A stretch of 64,000 nt of DNA from Vulcanimicrobiota bacterium (GCA_963833095.1 CAWHWQ010000002.1:128001-192000), one strand, 5' to 3'; positions 19,208 to 29,514 are shown, counted from the first letter of the stretch. Numbers and translations are program-made. The notes: a model not told the origin generated them from the sequence alone.

Positions 19208-19810
19208 ATGAGCTACCTTGTCCCGACCGTCATCGAGAACACCGCCCGCGGCGAACGCGCCTTCGACATCTATTCGCGGCTCCTCAAAGACCGCATCGTC
19301 TTCATCAGTGGCGAAATCACCGACCAACTCGCGAGCCTTGCCGTCGCGCAGTTGCTCTTTCTGGAGAAAGAAGATCCCGACAAAGACGTCGATCTGTATA
19401 TCAACAGCCCGGGCGGCAGCGTCACCGCCGCGCTTGGAATTTACGATACGATGCAGTTCATCAAGCCGGCGGTCGCGACGATCTGCGTGGGGTTTGCGGC
19501 TTCGATGGCATCGGTGCTGCTAACGGGTGGTGCGCCGGGCAAGCGCGCCGCGCTTCCCTACAGTAAGATCCTCATCCACCAGCCCTGGATCGGCCAGATC
19601 GGCGGCCAAGCCAGCGACATCGAGTTACACGCGCGTGACTTGGTCGCCACGCGCAAGACACTCGCAGGCATTTACGCCAAGACGACGGGCAAACCGGAGG
19701 AGCAGATTTTACGCGATCTCGATCGCGATTTCTACATGACGCCCGAGCAAGCGCGCGAGTACGGTATCGTCGACGACGTGCTCGCAGCCAATGGCCGCGC
19801 TTCGGCCTAA
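19208..19810 (+). CDS. clpP: ATP-dependent Clp protease proteolytic subunit
   Basis: [34 protein letters not shown]. Confidence 0.97.
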   Translation: MSYLVPTVIENTARGERAFDIYSRLLKDRIVFISGEITDQLASLAVAQLLFLEKEDPDKDVDLYINSPGGSVTAALGIYDTMQFIKPAVATICVGFAASMASVLLTGGAPGKRAALPYSKILIHQPWIGQIGGQASDIELHARDLVATRKTLAGIYAKTTGKPEEQILRDLDRDFYMTPEQAREYGIVDDVLAANGRASA

Positions 19811-20186
19811 ACGGACCGCGGCATAACGCGGAAGGGGCCGGAAGCGCAAATTTCCGCAATTTCAGCATTGCTTAGGCGGCTAAAACGCTTGCTGCAGTAT
19901 TCGAACGAATCACCGGACTCAGTCGCGTCGTAACGCGCCTGTGCCTCCGAATTGAGCCCCAGGCGCTGCCGCACGGTCTTGTTCTTGAGGTTCACGCTAT
20001 ACGCGAGGCTCTCCCCAAAGAGGGAAATCTCCCCTCGCGCATTCGAGTAGCCGCCGTAAATAGGCTCGGCTTTCTCCGGTACTACCGTGTCTCGCGCCTT
20101 CGTAACGAGGGTCCCAACCGGTACAGCTATATCTAGAATCATTACAAGCCGTAGAACACCGAAAACGCGAAAAAGGTTTCCTGCCG

Positions 20187-21623
20187 TCAACCCGGTGGAA
20201 TGCCTTCTGCGAAACGAAAGACATTTGTCGGATCGACTTTTGACTTGATCTTCCGTAGGTTTTGATAGTTTTCGCCGTGATAAGCGAGTTGCCAATCACG
20301 CAGCGACGGGTCGATGAAGTTCTGATAGGCGCCGCCCTTTGCGAGCGGCACGATCGCGTCGTAGAAGCCGTCGAGCCATGCCATATTGCGAGCGAGCACG
20401 TCGGGCGGCGTCGTCTGGGTCCAATATAGTTCGATCGAACTGAGCCACTGGCTGGAGCGATGAGCGAAGGCCATGTCGTGCGGTCCGTGATCGTTCACGC
20501 GCGCGCCGGTTTGAAATACCTTGAACGCCGCGCTTTTTGCCGTGCGCGGATAGCGCCGAAGCCACTCGAACACGACCGCATTTGCTTGGTGATCAAAGGG
20601 CGCATTAAAGAATCGCGAGCGCTCCTGATAGTACGCCGGATGGCCTGGTTCGGCGAGCACGTCTTGCGCGGCCCAATAGTGATCGTACGTGACGACCCCT
20701 TCGGGTTCGGCGATCGTGTAGACCGGCGCAAGCATCTCGCGCAGTTGCGCAGGAGTGCCTTGATACTGCCCGAGCAGTTGGACGGAAATATCCGGCGTGG
20801 CCGCGTCGGGCGCGATAGCCGACACCTTCGAACCCAGCGTCGCCGGCGCGTGAGCGAGGACGTCGATCAATCGTTCGAAGACGCGCTCGGGTTGACGCTT
20901 CCAAATCAGGTCGAACACTGTCAGTGGTCCAACCGCGTAGGTTTGAAACGAGAACGACGTGTTGATCCCAAAATTTCCGCCGCCTGCGCCACGACAGGCC
21001 CAAAACAACGCGTCGTCGCCGCGTACCGTGCGAATCGTGCCGTCCGCGGTGACGATGTCCGTTGCGATGAGCTGATCGCACGTAAGCCCGTGCGCTCGCA
21101 TATTGAAGCCGATGCCGCCGCCGAGCACGAGCCCGGCGATACCGACGGACGGACAGCGTCCGTGGGTAATCGCGACATTACGATCGCGAAACGCCGCGTA
21201 GAAGTTTGCGTTTCGAGCGCCGCCGCCGATCGTGGCAACGCCGCTGCGCTCGTCGAACGCCACGCGATTCATGCTCCGTAGATCGATCATCAAGCCGGGC
21301 GTCGTCGAATACCCGGCGTATGAGTGGCCGCCCGACCGCGCGACCAGCGGGACGCCGTATTCACGCGCAAAGAGAATCGCCGTGCTGACGTCGCGCGCAT
21401 CGCTGCAGACCGCAATGGCTTGCGGAAGGATTGCATCGTAGCGGAGGTTATTCGGTTGCGCGTACGCGCTATACCATTGATCTCCAGGACGTACGACCTT
21501 CCCGTTGAGACGACGCGCAAGGTCAGCCCATGGAATAGAACGACTCGCGCCCACAAGTCCGAGTGCGGAAGCGCTGAGCGCAGCAGATGCTGCGCCCTGG
21601 AGAAATACCCGCCGATTCAACAT
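20187..21623 (-). CDS. Tat-exported FAD-binding oxidoreductase (berberine-bridge-enzyme-like)
   Basis: NRRVFL signal; RSGGHSY (covalent FAD His), GRCPSVG, LFWACRGAGGGNFG, AYQNF..KSKVDPTNVF. Confidence 0.9.
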   Translation of the reverse strand: MLNRRVFLQGAASAALSASALGLVGASRSIPWADLARRLNGKVVRPGDQWYSAYAQPNNLRYDAILPQAIAVCSDARDVSTAILFAREYGVPLVARSGGHSYAGYSTTPGLMIDLRSMNRVAFDERSGVATIGGGARNANFYAAFRDRNVAITHGRCPSVGIAGLVLGGGIGFNMRAHGLTCDQLIATDIVTADGTIRTVRGDDALFWACRGAGGGNFGINTSFSFQTYAVGPLTVFDLIWKRQPERVFERLIDVLAHAPATLGSKVSAIAPDAATPDISVQLLGQYQGTPAQLREMLAPVYTIAEPEGVVTYDHYWAAQDVLAEPGHPAYYQERSRFFNAPFDHQANAVVFEWLRRYPRTAKSAAFKVFQTGARVNDHGPHDMAFAHRSSQWLSSIELYWTQTTPPDVLARNMAWLDGFYDAIVPLAKGGAYQNFIDPSLRDWQLAYHGENYQNLRKIKSKVDPTNVFRFAEGIPPG

Positions 21624-21736
21624 GTTGTCCGTTTGGTCGTTGGCGAACAGCGCGCACTGCACCCCCGCCGGACATTCCTGGGCGGGCATGATCGAGGCGG
21701 CCGGTTCCTCGGGCAAATAAGGCGAATGACCCAGGC

Positions 21737-22178
21737 GTGGATTACATCGATGACAACCTGCTCACCGGCGAAGAAGTCGTCTATCGAGCAAAACTGCACC
21801 CCGTCATCTTTGCGCCCGGTACGACCGTCGTGCTGCTCGGGATCGTCATTGCTATCGCGTCCTACCAAAGCATTGGATTGGTCGTCGGCGTCATCGGCGT
21901 TCTTATGGGCGCAGGCTGAGCTGGTTCGGTACAACTATTCCGAATTTGCCGTCACGAACCGTCGTGTCATTGCCAAGTTTGGGGCCTTTAACCGCCGGTC
22001 TCTCGAATTGCAGTTGAGCAAGATCGAGGGTCTCGACGTTCACCAGACGCCGCTCGGCCAGATCTTCAACTACGGCACAATCGGTGTTCGAGGAATCGGC
22101 GGCACCGAGGAACTCTTTCCCGCGATTGCAGCACCACTCGAACTGCGCAAGCACGTGCAAGAAATGCTCCCCGAGTAG
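21737..22178 (+). CDS. Bacterial PH-domain (bPH_2) membrane protein; frameshift near 21914
   Basis: YIDDNLLTGEEVVYRAKLH + 2 TM, continuing in another frame as EFAVTNRRVI..GQIFNYGTI. Confidence 0.8.
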
Positions 22179-22228
22179 CGCAACGCTCCCCGCGCAGCCG
22201 GGGTTAAAACTGGCGAGAGGTTTACGAC

Positions 22229-22744
22229 ATGACATCATCTACCGAGCGTGCAGTTCTTGCCGGCGGCTGCTTCTGGGGCGTCCAGGAGCTGCTGCGCAGT
22301 TACCCTGGGGTCATCTCGACGCGCGTCGGCTACAGCGGGGGCGAGGTGTCCAACGCCACGTATCGCAATCACGGCAACCATGCCGAGGCAGTCGAGATCG
22401 TTTTCGATCCGGCGCAGATCAGCTACCGGCAGTTGCTCGAGGTCTTCTTTCAGCTTCACGACCCGACGACGCTCAATCGCCAAGGTAACGACCGCGGCGC
22501 GAGCTATCGCTCCGCGATCTTCTACACCACCGACGAACAGAAGCGCGTCGCCGACGAGACGATCGCCGACGTTGATGCGTCAGGTTTGTGGCCGGGCAAA
22601 GTCGTGACCGAAGTCGCGCCCGCGGGTCCATTCTGGGAAGCCGAACCCGAGCATCAGGATTACCTCCAGAAATATCCGGATGGCTACACCTGTCACTTCC
22701 TCCGTAAGGACTGGAAGCTTCCGCAAAGGACGCACGTAACGTAA
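22229..22744 (+). CDS. msrA: Peptide-methionine (S)-S-oxide reductase
   Basis: [32 protein letters not shown]. Confidence 0.97.
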   Translation: MTSSTERAVLAGGCFWGVQELLRSYPGVISTRVGYSGGEVSNATYRNHGNHAEAVEIVFDPAQISYRQLLEVFFQLHDPTTLNRQGNDRGASYRSAIFYTTDEQKRVADETIADVDASGLWPGKVVTEVAPAGPFWEAEPEHQDYLQKYPDGYTCHFLRKDWKLPQRTHVT

Positions 22745-22761
22745 GAACGTAGCCCGATAGC

Positions 22762-24111
22762 ATGTGGCGGCGTCTATCGGGTCTGCTCGTTCTTGCATTG
22801 GTAACGGGCTGCGTGGGGAGCTTGGCGCCAATTCCGACGGCGAGGAATATCGCGCCGCCCGGTTCGAGCGCGAGCTTCACGATCTACGCCTTCGGAAACA
22901 CGTCAGGCACATACGGCCTGCCGGTGTCCCCGTCAAACGACGGTGCGCAGCCGAAAGGCACGTTGACGCTCGTATCGGGTGCAACCCCCATGCTCTTCGG
23001 TCGAACGGCGGCCGGCGGCAACACAAGCACGTGCGGTGCGTTTTTCGATATGAACCCCGCGTCGCCGTCAAGCTATTCGGTCATCTATCGCTTCAGCGGC
23101 AGCGACGGCTGCTCGCCGCGCCACGACGCGATGGTGCTCAACAGCGGCGGGCTGCTGTTTTCCACGACGCAAGGCGTCAACAACGACGGTATGACGGTCT
23201 ACAACAACGGCGACATCGTCACGGTCACGCCGGCGACGGCCGCAGTGAGCGTCTTCCACCAATTTGCCGGTCAGCCGTCGGACGGTTCGCAGCAGCACAG
23301 CAGTTTCTCATTCGACGCCAGCGGTGATACGTTCGGCATGTCGGCTGACGGCGGTTCGAACGACAAAGGCTTTCTCTACTACATTGCCGCGGGAAGCAGC
23401 ACGCCGATCGGCCTGCATAATTTCAAGAAAAGCGATGGCGAAGATCCGCATGGGCGCATCGTGCTTCTCGGCAACACGCTCTGGGGCATCACGCGCAAAG
23501 GCGGCAGTAACGGTCTTGGCGTCGTCTTCTCGCTTGCCGTTCCGTCGCCGCTTCCCACTACGAGCCAAGATCTCGCGATTACTATCGTGCATCAGTTTGC
23601 CGGGAACGGCAGCGATGGCGCGTTTTCCGATCACGGGTATCTCATTCCCGTCACGCAAGGCGGCTCGACCGTGCTCTACGGAATGACCGAATGCGGCGGC
23701 ACTGGCAACGGTAGCGACACGAGTTCTTGCAGCGGTCAAGGCGGCGGCGATGGGGTGATCTTTCAGATCGACCCGTCGACGGGGAAATACAACACGTTTT
23801 ACCAGTTTGCCGGAATGTCGAATAACGACGGCGCCGACCCCTATGGCTCGCTGCTCTACGATCCCACTTCCAATCTGATCTATGGTATGACGCGCAACGG
23901 CGGAAAATCCGATCAAGGCACCGTGTTCGCAATCGCACCCGGAGCGTTCGGCAGTCACGGAACGATATCGTGGCGTTACAGCTTCACCGGTCAAAACGGC
24001 GACGGAGCAAATCCGATCGACAACGTCATCCTGTATAACGGAACGTTGTACGGGATGACCGAGCAGGGTGGTACCGGCGCCGGCACGATTTTCGCGATCC
24101 CGCTGCCCTAA
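22762..24111 (+). CDS. Lipoprotein with tandem beta-repeats (TIGR03803/choice-of-anchor GloVer-like)
   Basis: Lipobox VTGC; recurring F.G..DG..P...L...G.LYG.T..GG...G.VF units. Confidence 0.8.
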   Translation: MWRRLSGLLVLALVTGCVGSLAPIPTARNIAPPGSSASFTIYAFGNTSGTYGLPVSPSNDGAQPKGTLTLVSGATPMLFGRTAAGGNTSTCGAFFDMNPASPSSYSVIYRFSGSDGCSPRHDAMVLNSGGLLFSTTQGVNNDGMTVYNNGDIVTVTPATAAVSVFHQFAGQPSDGSQQHSSFSFDASGDTFGMSADGGSNDKGFLYYIAAGSSTPIGLHNFKKSDGEDPHGRIVLLGNTLWGITRKGGSNGLGVVFSLAVPSPLPTTSQDLAITIVHQFAGNGSDGAFSDHGYLIPVTQGGSTVLYGMTECGGTGNGSDTSSCSGQGGGDGVIFQIDPSTGKYNTFYQFAGMSNNDGADPYGSLLYDPTSNLIYGMTRNGGKSDQGTVFAIAPGAFGSHGTISWRYSFTGQNGDGANPIDNVILYNGTLYGMTEQGGTGAGTIFAIPLP

Positions 24112-26969
24112 GCGCGAAGCGTTCCCGGAAGTACCGCGCGCAGGTGCGCTCCGCCGCGCACCGTGCGATGGCTGGCGGTAAACTCGCGCGCCAGTTGCGA
24201 GACGATGTACAACCCGCGCCCGCGTTCGGAATACACTTCCGAAGGAAGCTTCGGATTGAGCGAAAAGCCCGGGCCGCTATCGAGGACGTTTAACACGGGC
24301 GATGCTTGCGTTAAATCGAGGCCGACCTGGATCGGCGTGCGCGCATGGCGCACGGCGTTCCCAACGAGCTCGAAAAAGATCGTGTCCGCCGCGAAGCGAT
24401 CGTCGGCGTTCAGGCCACCGCGAACAAGAATTGAACCCATCTCGCTGCGCGCACGGTGCGCGGCGATACCATCGTCCCAGGCAAACGTCCAGCTTGGTGC
24501 AAACGGGGTGCCCAACATCGGCTGCTCGAAATAGGTCGTGAGCACCGCGACGTCGTCGTGCGAAATGCCGCCCGCGCCAAGCACCGCGTCGCGAATGGCG
24601 CTGGCAGCACACGAGGCGGTCGCGCCCGTCGTGTTCATCGCCGATACCGCTTGCATTAAGCGAAATTCGCCCTCTTCATGATCGTGATTCGCTTCCGTCA
24701 AGCCGTCGGTGTAGAGCGCCAACAGCGAACCGGGTTCGAGAATGACGCTCGAGACCCGCCGGTACCCGTGACGGGTTTCCTGGTCGAGGCCAAGCAGCAG
24801 ATCGTTCTCGACCAGCGGAACGATCGAACCATCCGGACACCGTAACAAGCCCGGCGGATGTCCCGCGCTCGCGTACTGCATCGAAAACGTCAGCGGATCG
24901 ACGACGGCAACAAACGCACTCGCGAACGGTGGTCTTCCCGAATCCAAGAACACGCCGTCGGCAGCCTTGAGCATGAGTTGCGGATCGGGATTGATCGTTG
25001 CCGCCGCTCGGATACTCTGACGCACCGCGCCCATCGTCGCGGCAGCTTCGACTCCCGAACCCGCGACGTCGCCAATCGACACCACCAGCCGTCCGTCGAG
25101 GAGCCGAAATGCGTCGTAGAAGTCGCCGCCGACGCGCGTATTGATCATCGCTGGCTCGTATAACGACGCAAAGTGGATGCCTGGAACCTGCGCCAGCGCC
25201 GCGGGGAGCGCTGCATCTTGGAACGAGCGCGCGATCCGCGCTTGCTGTTCGATATGCCAATCGTGGCGGCGCGCCGCGGCCAACTGCGCGCGTACACGCG
25301 TCACGAGTTGATCGGCGGAAAACGGCTTGACGAGATAGTCGTTGGCGCCGGATTGCAAGCCTGCTCTCGACGATTCTTCGCCCGCTCGCGCCGTAAGAAC
25401 GATGACGGGCAGTGCGTGCAACATGGGATCTTCCCGGATCGCTTGTAGTAACGCAAGACCATCCATCTCCGGCATCATTATGTCGCTGATCAGCAGATCG
25501 AACCGCTCGGAACGTAGCGCTGCCAGCGCCTTTCTGCCGTTGGGAACGCCCACCACCTCATAGTCGCTTCCGAGTAAATGCGTGACGTAGTCGCGCAGGT
25601 CGCGATTGTCATCGGCCAGGAGAATTCGTGCAAGCTCGGATTTCGGCTCGTCCCGCAGCGGCGCCCGAAGTGTGGCGGCGGTCTCAATCGTCGCTTGTAT
25701 TTCTGCAAGATATTGCTCGACCGAGCTAATCTGCCCGACGTGCTGCTGCTGCTTGATCTGCGCCGCGTCCAAGTGCGCGGTTCCTAGCGGAATCGCGACG
25801 CGGAACGTCGTGCCCTCGCCGACCGCGCTCGTGACGGTGATCGCGCCGCCATGCAGACGCACGAGTTCCTCGGCAAGCGCGAGCCCAATCCCCGAGCCTT
25901 CGTGCGAACGCGCCTGCGCGTTACGAGCGCGGTGAAACCGCTCGAACACGCGCGGTAGCTGTTCTTCGGGGATACCGACGCCGGTGTCGGACACGGTGAG
26001 CACCGCCGCATCGCCCGCCACGGCAAGCGCCACGCGAATCTCTCCCGTAAGGGTAAACTTCAGGGCGTTCGAGAGCAGGTTAAGGACGATCTTCTCCCAC
26101 ATCTCGCGATCGACGAAGGCGTTGCGCACCGGAGTAAACGCAGTGACGAGACGCAAGCCGGCGCTCTCGATCGCCGAACGAAAGACGCTGGTCAAGTCGT
26201 TGGTCACCGCCCCTAAATCGGTTTCTTCAAATGCGGCGCCGGCGCGACCAGCCTCTAAAGCCGAGAATTGCAGCAGCGTATTGACCAGTTTGAGCAACCG
26301 CAGCGCATTTCGCCGCGCCGACAAGAGAAGCGGCGTCTGCCCGTCATCGGCCGTGCGCAATAGCTCCTCGAGCGGACCGAGCATGAGCGTCAGCGGCGTG
26401 CGAAATTCATGACTGACGTTACTAAAAAAAGCGGTCTTTGCGCGATCTAACTCGGCAAGGGCCTCGGCGCGCTCGGCGGCTTCGCGTTCGCGCATAATCC
26501 GTTCCGTCGTCTCGGTGACCGCGCAGAACACGCCGCCGATTCCGCTCTCGGTTCGAATCGGGCTGTAGGAAAACGTGAAGTAGCGTTCTTCTGCAACGCC
26601 ATGGGTTTCGAGTGGCAGATACAGATCTTCTGAGTACGTCGCGCGCCCATCATTGATCACACAATCGAATAGTGGCTTAATCGAGGACCAGATCTCTGCC
26701 CAGATCTCTCGCGCCGGCTGGCCAAGTGCCGCCGGGTGCTTGTCGCGCAGAATGTCGGCGTACGCGTCGTTGTAGAACAGTATGAGGTCGGAACCCCAGA
26801 AGATGACGATCGGAAAGCGCGAGTCGAGGCAGATGCTCAGCGCCGTGCGAAGGCTTTGCGGCCAGCTCGACTCTGGACCGGCGCAGGTCGATCCCCAGTC
26901 GACACTGGGTAAGAGACCAGCAACAGTCCCAGACCCAGCCTGTGAAGCCTCGTCAGAAATACTCGTCAT
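24108..26969 (-). CDS. Soluble hybrid sensor: PAS-like + HisKA + HATPase + REC + SpoIIE/PP2C + RsbW-like HATPase
   Basis: SHEFRTPLT, NLLSNALKFT, DTGVGI, GSGIGL; LADDN..SDIMMP; VGGDFYD, GDVAG, YTDGL, HDD; ELVGNAVRH, RGRGL. Confidence 0.92.
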   Translation of the reverse strand: MTSISDEASQAGSGTVAGLLPSVDWGSTCAGPESSWPQSLRTALSICLDSRFPIVIFWGSDLILFYNDAYADILRDKHPAALGQPAREIWAEIWSSIKPLFDCVINDGRATYSEDLYLPLETHGVAEERYFTFSYSPIRTESGIGGVFCAVTETTERIMREREAAERAEALAELDRAKTAFFSNVSHEFRTPLTLMLGPLEELLRTADDGQTPLLLSARRNALRLLKLVNTLLQFSALEAGRAGAAFEETDLGAVTNDLTSVFRSAIESAGLRLVTAFTPVRNAFVDREMWEKIVLNLLSNALKFTLTGEIRVALAVAGDAAVLTVSDTGVGIPEEQLPRVFERFHRARNAQARSHEGSGIGLALAEELVRLHGGAITVTSAVGEGTTFRVAIPLGTAHLDAAQIKQQQHVGQISSVEQYLAEIQATIETAATLRAPLRDEPKSELARILLADDNRDLRDYVTHLLGSDYEVVGVPNGRKALAALRSERFDLLISDIMMPEMDGLALLQAIREDPMLHALPVIVLTARAGEESSRAGLQSGANDYLVKPFSADQLVTRVRAQLAAARRHDWHIEQQARIARSFQDAALPAALAQVPGIHFASLYEPAMINTRVGGDFYDAFRLLDGRLVVSIGDVAGSGVEAAATMGAVRQSIRAAATINPDPQLMLKAADGVFLDSGRPPFASAFVAVVDPLTFSMQYASAGHPPGLLRCPDGSIVPLVENDLLLGLDQETRHGYRRVSSVILEPGSLLALYTDGLTEANHDHEEGEFRLMQAVSAMNTTGATASCAASAIRDAVLGAGGISHDDVAVLTTYFEQPMLGTPFAPSWTFAWDDGIAAHRARSEMGSILVRGGLNADDRFAADTIFFELVGNAVRHARTPIQVGLDLTQASPVLNVLDSGPGFSLNPKLPSEVYSERGRGLYIVSQLAREFTASHRTVRGGAHLRAVLPGTLRA

Positions 26970-27176
26970 CCCGTCTCCGGCACCCCTTTGCGGGCCTCTT
27001 ACCCAACTTCAGGCGCTTGCATGCCTCTCAAAAGAGCGCGCGAAGACGCATTTCCACGTGCTGGCCCGAAGCGACGTCGCCGATCGATTCGACGATAAAT
27101 CCCGCGGCTTGCCTGCTTTCCACTCTAGCACGATGGCGAGCAGGTTTTTGCAGCCCACCGTGCGCAGTGCATAGCG

Positions 27177-27563
27177 TTGACACCCGCGCCGTTCTCCGAT
27201 GCGTTTTCCGATTTTGTTCGGCGAAATATCTTCTCGGTCGAACAGATACAGGTGCTGGTGCTCTTAAGCGAGCAACCGCAACGCGTATGGTTCGCCGATG
27301 AATTGCGCGCCCGGCTTTCGAGCTCTAGCGGCTCGATTTTGAACCGTTTAGCGGTGCTGGTCCGGCGCGGCCTGGTCAGCGGCAACGAGCGCGACGGCTT
27401 TCGCTATAGCCCAGACGCTGCGCGCGACCCGCTGGTCGAGGAGTTGGGGCGCCAGTTTATCGAGCGACCCACGAGCGTGATTGCTTTGGTCTTTTCCGGA
27501 CCCAGCGCATTGGAGTCGTTCTCTGATGCCTTCCGGATCGGTGGCGAAGATGATCCTCGCTAG
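27177..27563 (+). CDS. Hypothetical winged-helix-like protein
   Basis: FVRRNIFSVEQIQVL..W.ADEL..L..LVRRGLV..FRY.P; C-terminal SFSDAFRI; TTG start uncertain. Confidence 0.7.
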   Translation: MTPAPFSDAFSDFVRRNIFSVEQIQVLVLLSEQPQRVWFADELRARLSSSSGSILNRLAVLVRRGLVSGNERDGFRYSPDAARDPLVEELGRQFIERPTSVIALVFSGPSALESFSDAFRIGGEDDPR

Positions 27564-27813
27564 CGGCGTGCTCATCGCGTGTACGCTGACCAGCGCACTC
27601 TGCGCGGCGCTCCTGATTCGCGCGTACCGTAAAACTCGTCAGCGTCTCCTTTTCTGGAGCGCACTGTGTTTCATCGGACTCTGCCTGAATAACGCGTTGC
27701 TCTTCGTCGACATTATCGCGCTGCCCAGTATTGATCTCTCGGTCTGGCGCCTGCTCCCGGCACTCTTGGGCATCGGCGCGCTCTGCTACGGACTGATCAT
27801 GGAGGTCGATTGA
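27550..27813 (+). CDS. DUF5985-family small membrane protein
   Basis: LTSALCAALLIRAY..TRQRLLFWSALCF.GL.LNN.LLFVD; 3 TM. Confidence 0.78.
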   Translation: MILASGVLIACTLTSALCAALLIRAYRKTRQRLLFWSALCFIGLCLNNALLFVDIIALPSIDLSVWRLLPALLGIGALCYGLIMEVD

Positions 27814-27814
27814 C

Positions 27815-28066
27815 GTGGCGTCCTTTCTTTCGGGCGCGATCATGATGGGCTGCTTCGTTGCCGCGACCTTCTTTTGGCGCTCGTGGCTGCGCACCACCGA
27901 CCGTCTGTTTTTCTGGTTCGCGCTCAGCTTTCTTATTTTAGGCGTCGAGCGGCTTGCCATCGTGTTGACCAACGTGGGCGAAACGACCACACCGTGGCTC
28001 TATCTCATGCGCATTCTGGCGTTCGCGCTCATTGCGATCGCCATCATCGGCAAGAATCGCCGTTGA
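27815..28066 (+). CDS. DUF5985-family small membrane protein (second paralog type)
   Basis: FLSGA..MG..VA..FFWR.W..T.DRLF..FA.SF, YLMR..AF.LI..AI..KNR. Confidence 0.78.
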   Translation: MASFLSGAIMMGCFVAATFFWRSWLRTTDRLFFWFALSFLILGVERLAIVLTNVGETTTPWLYLMRILAFALIAIAIIGKNRR

Positions 28067-28073
28067 ACCGGTC

Positions 28074-29069
28074 CTAGCGGTTGATCATGGCCGCCTGACG
28101 CTCGTTGTAGCGCGGGCCGGAGATCTTGTCCGGCGTCAGCGACGCATCGAGCGTGGCCATGTCGTCGGCGCTAAGGTGCACCTTCGATGCGCCGAGATTC
28201 TCTTCTAAATAGCGCACGTGTTTGGTGCCCGGAATCGGCACGACATCCGGTCCCTTGTGCAAGAGCCACGATATCGCGATTTGGCCGGGCGTCGCGTCGT
28301 GACGCGACGCGATCTCGCGTACGATCGACGCAGCGCGCATATTTGCGTCGAAGTTTTCGCCCTGATAACGCGGGTCGCCGCGGCGATAGTCGCCTTGGGG
28401 ATATTCTTCCGCGCGTTTCACCGCGCCGGTCAAAAAACCGCGGCCCAGCGGCGCGAAGGGTACGATGCCGATGCTGAGTTCGCGCAGCAACGGAATGATC
28501 GCCGGCTCGAGATTACGCTCCCAGAGCGAATACTCGCTTTGCAGCGCGGAGATCGGATGCGTTGCATGCGCGCGCCGAATCGTCTCTTCGCCGACCTCAG
28601 AGAGTCCGAGAAAGAGCACCTTGCCTTCGCGCACGAGTTCGCCCATCGCGCCGACCGTTTCTTCGATCGGTGTGCCCGGATCTAAGCGATGTTGATAGAG
28701 CAAATCGATGCGATCGGTATGAAGACGGCGCAGCGACCCTTCCACCGCGTCGCGCACGTGTTGGGGCCGGCCGTCGGTGCCGGTCACGGCGCCGTCGGGG
28801 CCAAACGTGAAGCCGAACTTCGTCGCGATCACGGCTTGATCGCGTTTGCCCGCGAGCGCTTGCGCGAGCAGCTCTTCGTTGGTGTACGGACCATAGGCTT
28901 CGGCCGTGTCAAAAAACGTGCAGCCCATTTCAAGGGCGCGGTGGATCGTCTTGATCGACTCGGTGTCATCCCGTTCACCCGGGCCGTAGGCAAAGCTCAT
29001 GCCCATGCAGCCGAGCCCAATGTCGGAAACCGCGAGCCCTTCGATGCCGAGATTACGTGTTGCCAGCAT
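28074..29069 (-). CDS. Aldo/keto reductase
   Basis: IGLGCMGMS, FDTAEAYG, IATKFG, IDLLYQHR, LQSEYSLW, PIPGTK. Confidence 0.95.
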   Translation of the reverse strand: MLATRNLGIEGLAVSDIGLGCMGMSFAYGPGERDDTESIKTIHRALEMGCTFFDTAEAYGPYTNEELLAQALAGKRDQAVIATKFGFTFGPDGAVTGTDGRPQHVRDAVEGSLRRLHTDRIDLLYQHRLDPGTPIEETVGAMGELVREGKVLFLGLSEVGEETIRRAHATHPISALQSEYSLWERNLEPAIIPLLRELSIGIVPFAPLGRGFLTGAVKRAEEYPQGDYRRGDPRYQGENFDANMRAASIVREIASRHDATPGQIAISWLLHKGPDVVPIPGTKHVRYLEENLGASKVHLSADDMATLDASLTPDKISGPRYNERQAAMINR

Positions 29070-29114
29070 TGCTTCTCCCCACGCTTTGGTCACAGACCGC
29101 TACTATAGCATACG

Positions 29115-29141
29115 AAAAGACCGTCAAGAAGACGGTCTTTT
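29115..29141. terminator. Intrinsic terminator hairpin, symmetric
   Basis: AAAAGACCGTC-aagaa-GACGGTCTTTT, a perfect 11-bp inverted repeat downstream of the 29167-29514 gene. Confidence 0.8.
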
Positions 29142-29166
29142 ACGTTACGAAGCGGCCGAGCCGCCT

Positions 29167-29514
29167 TTATCCGTGCGGCGGATGATGATGCGAGCTGCGG
29201 TACTCGTTATTGAATTTCTGCGGATTGTTGCGAAAGTCGCCTTGATGCGAGTGGTAGTACTGCGGGTCTTGGCGCTGATAATACGATTGAGCCGTGTTAT
29301 TGCTGACGTATTCTCGATTTCCGCCGTTGCTGTAGTAATACTGATTGCGGCTGGAATCGTAGATGAGCGTGCCGATGATCGCACCCACGAGTATGGCGGC
29401 GGCGGCGTTGGTCGAATTGTCGGCCTTTGCAACCGTTGGGACCATCAAACCACCCAATATAGCCATGCAGGCGGCCAGGGAACCCGCGCGAGCGAACGTT
29501 GTAAACTTGGACAT
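29167..29514 (-). CDS. Small secreted Y/N/Q/S-rich protein
   Basis: Signal peptide ending AKA, hydrophobic AAAAILVGAIIG, low-complexity polar tail; own terminator. Confidence 0.7.
   Translation of the reverse strand: MSKFTTFARAGSLAACMAILGGLMVPTVAKADNSTNAAAAILVGAIIGTLIYDSSRNQYYYSNGGNREYVSNNTAQSYYQRQDPQYYHSHQGDFRNNPQKFNNEYRSSHHHPPHG

Noticed and set aside
19807..20142. Possible 111-aa ORF on the minus strand between clpP and the flavoprotein
   Set aside because: No recognisable motif or RBS; may be real or a remnant but cannot be supported from sequence alone
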